DNA from: Clostridia bacterium
GTDB taxonomy: Bacteria > Bacillota > Clostridia > TANB77 > CAG-508
Direction: 5' to 3'
DNA: 64,000 nt
NCBI GenBank assembly: GCA_045643205.1
Contig: JAZUKI010000007.1
Span: forward strand, 55,026 to 119,025
Position 1 is the stretch's first letter. Each line of letters opens with the position of its first letter. The translations under genes were made by a program, and so were the position numbers. The notes beneath the pieces were generated by a model that worked only from the letters and a program-made list of their open reading frames with translations, was not told where the DNA came from and did no database searches. This document shows positions 57,577-64,000 of this stretch, piece by piece.

Positions 57577-58290
57577 TTATTTATATTCTTTTTCTATACA
57601 ATTATTTAAATAAATCTTTGATAATATTTTTAATTGTTGTTTATTTTCATCTGACATTTCAAAAGAATAAAGTTTTTTTGGTTCTGCCCATATAATCCAT
57701 TTTAATGCTTTTATAGTTGAATCTGAAAGTTCAATTGCACCTTTATCTTGCTTGCCACATGCACTACATTTAAATCCATGATCTTTAAAACTAAAATAGC
57801 TCAATGTTTCTTTTGTTCCACAAGTAGTACACTTTTCTATTTCAGGTCTGAAACCAATTAAACTTAATAACCTTATTTTAAAAACAGATAATACAAAATC
57901 TAAATTCTTTTCGCTTTCAGAAATCATGTAAAGTGTATTTAGTACTAACTGTAAAATGTTATAACTATATTCATTTTCATCAGTAACATCATTAGTTATT
58001 TTAGCAATTTCAGAAGCAATAGTGAGCTTATCTACGTCTAATCTTATATTATAAAAAATTTCAATCGGTTCACAAGAATTAATTGTATAACTATTAACTC
58101 CTTTATATAAAACTAAATCTGCAAAACATAAAAATTGTGTTCCTGCCATTAATGCACTTTTAGGTCTTCTTGATCCACGTGCTGCAGCGCCAATTTTACC
58201 TAAATCAGGAGTTAATATAGTAACCATTTGATCATTATCGCCCATGTTGCTTCGTGCTAAAACGATGCCTTTTGTTTTAATTGTTGCCAT
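57577..58290 (-). CDS. recO: DNA repair protein RecO
   Basis: GIVL....GD.D....LT...GKI...ARG.R, C..CG...C..C; downstream of era; terminator AAAGAAGATGTT/AACATCTTCTTT at about 57465-57499. Confidence 0.95.
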   Translation of the reverse strand: MATIKTKGIVLARSNMGDNDQMVTILTPDLGKIGAAARGSRRPKSALMAGTQFLCFADLVLYKGVNSYTINSCEPIEIFYNIRLDVDKLTIASEIAKITNDVTDENEYSYNILQLVLNTLYMISESEKNLDFVLSVFKIRLLSLIGFRPEIEKCTTCGTKETLSYFSFKDHGFKCSACGKQDKGAIELSDSTIKALKWIIWAEPKKLYSFEMSDENKQQLKILSKIYLNNCIEKEYK

Positions 58291-58310
58291 ATCTTTTTCC
58301 TATTTAAAAT

Positions 58311-59207
58311 TTATTTTTTTACTTTAAACTTGTCTACAAATTTTGGATCATTTATCCAATCTTTTTGAACAACAACCCACAATTTTAAATTAAATTTGCA
58401 ATCAAACATTTTTTCTAATTCTTTTCTAGCGCTCATTCCAATACGTTTTAACATATCGCCTTTTTTACCAATGATAATGCCTTTGTGTGAATCTCTATTA
58501 CAATATATTGTAGCTTCTACATCATAATATTTTTCATCTTTCATTGTCTTTTTTGTTTTCATTTTAGAAACTTCTACATAAATTCCATGTGGAATTTCAT
58601 CATGCAAAAATCGTAAAACTTTTTCTCTAATCGTTTCTTCAACTATTTCTCTAGATGTTTGATCTGTATATTCTTCTTGATCATAATATGCTGGACCTTC
58701 AGGTAAGCACTTTTCTATCTCATCAAGAACATCTTTTACATTTCTGTTTTTTTCAACTGATACTGGAATTATTGATTGAAAATCATATAAATCTTTATAC
58801 TTGTTAATAAATTCTGCAACTTCAGTTGGTGAAATCATATCTATTTTATTTAAAACTAAAATTGTCTTTTTATTTGAATCTTTTATTTTTTCTAATGTTT
58901 TTTCATCTATTCTTGTTGATGTAACATCAACCACATAAACTATTACATCCACTTCTTCTAATGAGTAATATGCTGATTCAATCATTGCTTCACTTAATTT
59001 AGATTTTGGTGAATGAATACCTGGTGTATCAATGAAAATGATTTGAGCGTTTTCACGATTAACAATTGCTTTAACATTTTTTCTTGTTGTTTGTGTTTTA
59101 TCAGCAACTGCAGAAACTTTTTCTCCAACCATTTTATTTATTAAACTTGATTTTCCTACATTTGTTCTACCAATAACGGTTACAAATCCAGATTTAAATT
59201 TTTCCAT
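58311..59207 (-). CDS. era: GTPase Era
   Basis: GRTNVGKSS, QTTR, DTPG, NKID, EIPH, KH motif KGIIIGKKG. Confidence 0.98.
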   Translation of the reverse strand: MEKFKSGFVTVIGRTNVGKSSLINKMVGEKVSAVADKTQTTRKNVKAIVNRENAQIIFIDTPGIHSPKSKLSEAMIESAYYSLEEVDVIVYVVDVTSTRIDEKTLEKIKDSNKKTILVLNKIDMISPTEVAEFINKYKDLYDFQSIIPVSVEKNRNVKDVLDEIEKCLPEGPAYYDQEEYTDQTSREIVEETIREKVLRFLHDEIPHGIYVEVSKMKTKKTMKDEKYYDVEATIYCNRDSHKGIIIGKKGDMLKRIGMSARKELEKMFDCKFNLKLWVVVQKDWINDPKFVDKFKVKK

Positions 59208-59291
59208 TAAACTCCTTACATTCTATATATGCTACTGTTTTAATCTTTAATTGTTTTATATATTACTATTAGTTTTGTATATCGCAAAAAT

Positions 59292-60098
59292 TTACATAGG
59301 CATTGTGAATGCTGTTAAACCATATACTAAAATTACTATTAATACGCCCATACAAACTCCAAATAATACTTCTCCAAATGTACGTGTATCATTAACTCTA
59401 TTTCCTAAAACCATAAATGATAAAATTAATGCTAAGCAAAATACTATTGGACTTCTTGAATTCATCCAAATTGCTGTAAGAATTGCAAATGCTAAAGCTG
59501 TTTGACCACTTGGATTAAAAGTATGTGCTAGTGGATTCTGTTGTTTCTTTCTTGCCGAAAACATTTTGCATAATACAATAGCTATTAATGTTAATCCTAA
59601 AGCAACAAATGTTAAGTGATTGCTTGAATGTACCATTGTTGAAAGTAAACTTTGGCTGATTTCAGTAATTTTTGTTTCTCTAAAAAATAAGAAATATGCA
59701 ACAATAATTGCATTGATGCATGCCATAACAACTGCTCCAGCTCCAACATCTTTAATTATCTTTGCCTTTGGATGATAAACATCAACATATAAATCTACAA
59801 TTGTTTCTAGTGCTGTATTTACAAACTCTGCAAAAATAACAAAGAATATTGCAAACATTAAGCATAGGAATTCAGCTGTTTTAAAATTATAAAACAAACT
59901 AAGTATTAATGCTAAAGCTCCTAATACTAATTCTTTTCTAATATTTGCTTGAGAAATTGTACAATATACAATTCCGTTTACTGCGTTAGCACATGATTGA
60001 ATAAAATTTTTGTTATATAAACGTGGATCGCCTTTTTTGGCTTTCTTTTTAGCATCAGCATAATCAGTTGTTACGCCTGCTTTTGGATATTCCCTCAT
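59292..60098 (-). CDS. dgkA: Diacylglycerol/undecaprenol kinase fused to a PAP2-like domain
   Basis: A.NGI, E.VNTALETIVDL, AK.IKDVGAGAV; C-terminal PSG motif. Confidence 0.85.
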   Translation of the reverse strand: MREYPKAGVTTDYADAKKKAKKGDPRLYNKNFIQSCANAVNGIVYCTISQANIRKELVLGALALILSLFYNFKTAEFLCLMFAIFFVIFAEFVNTALETIVDLYVDVYHPKAKIIKDVGAGAVVMACINAIIVAYFLFFRETKITEISQSLLSTMVHSSNHLTFVALGLTLIAIVLCKMFSARKKQQNPLAHTFNPSGQTALAFAILTAIWMNSRSPIVFCLALILSFMVLGNRVNDTRTFGEVLFGVCMGVLIVILVYGLTAFTMPM

Positions 60099-60099
60099 A

Positions 60100-60582
60100 T
60101 TACCCCTCTCTTGTTATATTTAACTTGTTTAAAATTTCATCTTCTTTTGCACGCATTTTTATTTTATCTTCTTCTACCATATGATCATAACCCATCAAAT
60201 GATAAAAACTATGAACTACCATGTAAGCTAGTTCTCTTTCAAAACTATGTCCATATTCTTTTGCTTGAATCTCAACTTGTGGAATTGAAATAACCATATC
60301 ACCTAATACATCTTCTTCTTTATAATTTTCTTTAATCATCTTTTCAATTTCATCAGGTTGAAACATAGGAAATGATAAAACATCAGTTGGTTTATCTATG
60401 TTTCTATATGTTTTATTGAGAATATGAATTTCCTCAGGAACAGTTAAAGTTATACTTACGTATAACTTTAATCCTTCTAAGTATTCATTTTCAAAGCATT
60501 CATCTATAACTTTGTTGATAATAGTTTCATATTCAGAATTTTCTTCAACTTTGTTATATACTATTTCAGCATGCTGCTTCAT
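60100..60582 (-). CDS. ybeY: rRNA maturation endoribonuclease YbeY
   Basis: LN..YR.IDKPTDVLSFP, LGD.VIS, HSFYHLMGYDH. Confidence 0.97.
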   Translation of the reverse strand: MKQHAEIVYNKVEENSEYETIINKVIDECFENEYLEGLKLYVSITLTVPEEIHILNKTYRNIDKPTDVLSFPMFQPDEIEKMIKENYKEEDVLGDMVISIPQVEIQAKEYGHSFERELAYMVVHSFYHLMGYDHMVEEDKIKMRAKEDEILNKLNITREG

Positions 60583-61786
60583 TTTCTAATACCTTTCTTA
60601 ATTCATTTTCAGCTGTAAAAACACCTTTTTCTTTTGAATAAGAATTTTTAATTCTTCTCATATCGCCTAAATTAACTAAACGATTTCTGTAGAATTTAAG
60701 TATTCTGAAGTATTTATCACCTGACTCTTCTAAGTATTGCATGTCAGATCTAATAAATAATATTTGTCTTTTAATTTCATATGCATGATTTCCATCTGAA
60801 GTTTTTAATGCTTCTAAAGCATTTCTATCTTCATTAAATCTTGCATATTTTTTCTTTTCATCATTGTTTTTCCAATAAATCTTAACTGCTAATAATTTGT
60901 CATTGTATTGCTCTACTAATCTTAACAATAATTGATATGCGTTTTCTCTCTTGCGAGCAATCTTTGTATCAACAATAAGATTTCTTGTATCTTTTAATAA
61001 TTTTACATAGCATCTTTCAGCTGCAACTAGTGGAAGACTATGAGTAAAGATTTTTCTACTAATTCCTAATAGAATCATTCTCTTGTCGATGATGTCTACT
61101 TGATCAAGTTTTCCAACTTCGTATGTTTCAAACAAACTGCATTCTTTTATTAATTCAGCATCTTCAATCTTTTTAAGTGGAATAATGCTTGTTACATAAT
61201 CATCAAGTGTATCGAATATTTTATCATATGCTTCTTGCTTTTGCATAGGGCTTAATTTTTCTGATAACTTCATTGAATAATGTTTTAATAATGATTTATA
61301 TAATTGTTCCATCTCATAAAGATAAAAACTTTGATATTCTTCCAACATATTTTTCTTATCCATAGATTTTAAAGAATTATAATCTAGGCTAAGTAAATAT
61401 TGTTGTTTTTTGTATTTATATTCTTCTGTATCATTTTCTTTTAAATGAATGACATTATAATATTTAGAAAGCGCGTTTCTTTCAAAGTCAGAAGCTGTAT
61501 CAGTTCTAACTTTTTTATATATATTTTCAATTACTAATTGATCTATTGATTCTAAGTACAAAGAATATGATTCTTGAAATTTCTTTTGGCAAGTTTCTTT
61601 TTTATCGCTCTTTGCCTTATCTATGCTCTTATAGTTCTTTAACATTGAGCTTCTTTTCATATTAACAAGCCAATTGTTAATTCCTGCATGAGTAGGTGCA
61701 AATATCTTACTAAATCTACTTCCTAACTTTGAGAAAAAAGTTCTTTTTGAATCATATACTTTTAAGCTTCTTTCTTGTGCTCCCAT
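60566..61786 (-). CDS. Hypothetical alpha-helical protein (~406 aa)
   Basis: Long ORF with host codon usage; ATG 61786 after SD AAAGGA; overlaps the ybeY start; no motif recognised. Confidence 0.8.
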   Translation of the reverse strand: MGAQERSLKVYDSKRTFFSKLGSRFSKIFAPTHAGINNWLVNMKRSSMLKNYKSIDKAKSDKKETCQKKFQESYSLYLESIDQLVIENIYKKVRTDTASDFERNALSKYYNVIHLKENDTEEYKYKKQQYLLSLDYNSLKSMDKKNMLEEYQSFYLYEMEQLYKSLLKHYSMKLSEKLSPMQKQEAYDKIFDTLDDYVTSIIPLKKIEDAELIKECSLFETYEVGKLDQVDIIDKRMILLGISRKIFTHSLPLVAAERCYVKLLKDTRNLIVDTKIARKRENAYQLLLRLVEQYNDKLLAVKIYWKNNDEKKKYARFNEDRNALEALKTSDGNHAYEIKRQILFIRSDMQYLEESGDKYFRILKFYRNRLVNLGDMRRIKNSYSKEKGVFTAENELRKVLENEAAC

Positions 61787-62025
61787 GTTACATCCTTTCT
61801 GTTTTTTCATTGGTTTACAAAAATTCTTATATGCCAATATTCCGTAGAGCAAATTGAATTTTTATATCTACTACAATTTCGGTCTCATTTTATCATAAAA
61901 CATGTTGTTTTTTAAAGTCTTTTTTATGAAAATTTTATGTTTTTTTGACTGATTTTTTGTCAAAAATAAAAAAAGGCTGTATTCCATTGGAAACAAGCCT
62001 TTCACATTGTAATAATTATGTTATC

Positions 62026-62715
62026 TTATTTAATTTCTAATCCATCTATTAATTTCCAAATTCCATCATTTTTTGGTAAATCAATGTATGTTAAATCTTC
62101 TTTAGTTGTTGGATGAATAAAGCTTAATTTGTATGCCCATAAGCATAATTGAGCATTTCCACCCTTTCCATGATATTTTGTATCTCCATATAAAGCGTGC
62201 ATTCTGCTTGAAAATTGCACTCTAATTTGATGATGTCTTCCTGTATGAAGATCTATTTTTACTAAAGAAACGTCCTCTTTTTCATCATATTTTAATACTT
62301 CATAGTCTAAAACAGCTTCTTTAGCATTCTTTTTGCTTTCTTTTACAACATATGAAGTGTTATTTTTTTCATCCTTCCAAAGATAATCTTTCATAGTTCC
62401 TTTGTTTTCATCAAACTTACCATTACAAATTGCTAAATAACTTTTTTGAATTTTTCTTTCACGAATTTCATCACTAAGTCTTCCAGCAGATTTTGATGTT
62501 CTTGCAAAAACCATAACGCCACCAGTCGGACGATCAAGTCTGTGAACTAAACCTATGTAAACATTTCCTGGTTTATTATACTTAACTTTTACATATTCTT
62601 TAACCATAGTTAATAAATCTTTATCACCAGTAGCGTCACCCTGGCTTAAAATATTTATTGGTTTTTCAACAACAATAATATGATTATCTTCATATAAAAC
62701 ATTTAATTTAGTCAT
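62026..62715 (-). CDS. RluA family pseudouridine synthase
   Basis: LYEDN...V.KP, VHRLDRPTGG, TGRHHQIR, GD.KY; ATG 62715 overlaps the upstream gene stop. Confidence 0.93.
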   Translation of the reverse strand: MTKLNVLYEDNHIIVVEKPINILSQGDATGDKDLLTMVKEYVKVKYNKPGNVYIGLVHRLDRPTGGVMVFARTSKSAGRLSDEIRERKIQKSYLAICNGKFDENKGTMKDYLWKDEKNNTSYVVKESKKNAKEAVLDYEVLKYDEKEDVSLVKIDLHTGRHHQIRVQFSSRMHALYGDTKYHGKGGNAQLCLWAYKLSFIHPTTKEDLTYIDLPKNDGIWKLIDGLEIK

Positions 62716-63577
62716 CTTTTTCCCATCTTCCATAAATACCACAAGGTAAAACTAAATCACCATTTTTAATAGGAAGTCCAACTTCTCCACAAGTAATTTT
62801 ACCTTCACATTTCTTATTAACCGTTAACTTCAACAAATTAGAAAGAACCATAGAAGAAAGTCCAGTCGTATATGAATTAATTAAAAAGAATAATGGATTA
62901 TCACTAAGAATTTCCGTACAAATCTGAACTAAATAGTTAAGATTCTTTTCAATATCCCAAACTTCACCATTAGCACCTCTTCCATAGCTAGGAGGATCCA
63001 TTAAAATAGCATCATACTTATTACCTCTTCTTATTTCACGTTGAACAAATTTAATGACATCATCTACCAAATAACGTATCTCAGCATTTTCATATCCACT
63101 TGATTTTACATTTTCTTTACACCAATCAACCATTCCTCTAGAAGAGTCAACATGAGTTACACTAGCCCCAGCACTTAAGCATGCTACACTAGCGCCACCA
63201 GTATAAGCAAACAAATTAAGAACTTTAATTTTTCTACCAGAAGACTTTATCTTATCTATCATAAAATCCCAATTAACAGCTTGTTCTGGAAATAATCCTG
63301 TGTGTTTAAATCCCATTTGCTTAATATTGAATGTTAAATTTTTATAACCTATTTGCCAATCACTAGGAATATTTTTCAAATTTTCCCAATGACCTCCACC
63401 TTTATTGCTTCTATAATATGCAGCATCAATTTTTGAATGATACTTTTCTAGTAAATCACCATTATCCCAAACAATTTGTGGATCAGGACGAAGTAAATAA
63501 TATTTACCCCATCTTTCTAATTTTTGCCCTTGCGAAGCATCAATAATTTCATAATCATCCCATTTTGCTAATAACAT
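62708..63577 (-). CDS. Class I SAM-dependent methyltransferase (RlmI/RlmK-like)
   Basis: FKHTGLFPEQA.NW, LNLFAYTG, DPPSYGRG. Confidence 0.88.
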   Translation of the reverse strand: MLLAKWDDYEIIDASQGQKLERWGKYYLLRPDPQIVWDNGDLLEKYHSKIDAAYYRSNKGGGHWENLKNIPSDWQIGYKNLTFNIKQMGFKHTGLFPEQAVNWDFMIDKIKSSGRKIKVLNLFAYTGGASVACLSAGASVTHVDSSRGMVDWCKENVKSSGYENAEIRYLVDDVIKFVQREIRRGNKYDAILMDPPSYGRGANGEVWDIEKNLNYLVQICTEILSDNPLFFLINSYTTGLSSMVLSNLLKLTVNKKCEGKITCGEVGLPIKNGDLVLPCGIYGRWEKDD

Positions 63578-63587
63578 CTAATCACCT

Positions 63588-64000
63588 CTAATTATAAGTT
63601 GCAGTAAATTCTTTACCATAATTCGTAACTAACATACTACCATTAAAAGCCAATATATAATCTTTATATTCCATTAAAGGAGTATCTTCATACATTTCAT
63701 AAGTGCATTCAACATTTGCATATTGACTACAATTTTCATAATTTGTTATTTTCATTCTATAAATTTTTTCTTCTGATCTAATATAGTTAGTAGCAATCGA
63801 AGCAGTATAACTAAAATCTATTATTTTTCCATATGTACTAGAACTATAAGCTACTTCTTGACTAACTAAAGATACAGCACTTTTATTATCTCCTTTATTA
63901 ATAACAACCTTATAAATATTACCATCATCTTTTAACACATAATAAATACCTGAATTTTCATCATATGTAGTAATTTTTTTTACACCATCCAAATTAAATA
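63588..64000 (-). CDS. Hypothetical protein, C-terminal part (gene begins outside the window)
   Basis: Open frame to the window edge; Tyr/Thr-rich beta-type sequence with a Cys pair, resembling an extracellular protein. Confidence 0.6.
   Translation of the reverse strand, partial: FNLDGVKKITTYDENSGIYYVLKDDGNIYKVVINKGDNKSAVSLVSQEVAYSSSTYGKIIDFSYTASIATNYIRSEEKIYRMKITNYENCSQYANVECTYEMYEDTPLMEYKDYILAFNGSMLVTNYGKEFTATYN

Noticed and set aside
1544-60293. Numerous plus-strand ORFs (60-160 aa) antisense to housekeeping genes, and short same-strand alternative-frame ORFs, in the ORF track
   Set aside because: They are shadow frames of well-supported genes, with Ser/Phe/Ile/Leu-biased composition, no SD and no motifs.

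Overview
A very AT-rich chromosomal stretch from a Clostridia-type (Bacillota) bacterium. The lineage is inferred from spo0A-, veg-, addA- and ribosomal-leader-type content. Nearly all genes lie on the minus strand, consistent with one replichore. The content is mostly housekeeping: translation (fmt, def, infC-rpmI-rplT, rplM-rpsI, rpsF-ssb-rpsR, rpmB, valS, hisS, proS, pth, rimO, trmB, ybeY, era), replication and repair (addA, priA, dnaG, recJ, recO, dut, scpB), transcription (rpoD, greA, carD, rel), a comM-dprA-yraN block, two sortase-type surface proteins and one tRNA-Met. I saw no transposase, integrase, prophage or CRISPR array. Most notable observations: (1) a stand-alone beta-CASP ribonuclease gene whose 5' and 3' UTRs are complementary over 16 nt (perfect only as RNA, via one G-U pair), next to its Shine-Dalgarno and abutting two further G-U-containing hairpins; (2) a primary sigma factor with a ~320-aa N-terminal extension made of a histone-H1-like segment and a charged helix; (3) a Spo0A homolog with Asn at the phospho-acceptor position; (4) an FtsZ outside the dcw cluster that lacks the conserved C-terminal peptide and overlaps an unannotated 54-aa ORF; (5) dprA apparently starting at ATA; (6) a possible pseudoknotted leader in front of a fibro-slime adhesin. 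All calls come from reading motifs by eye; no database searches or folding programs were run.
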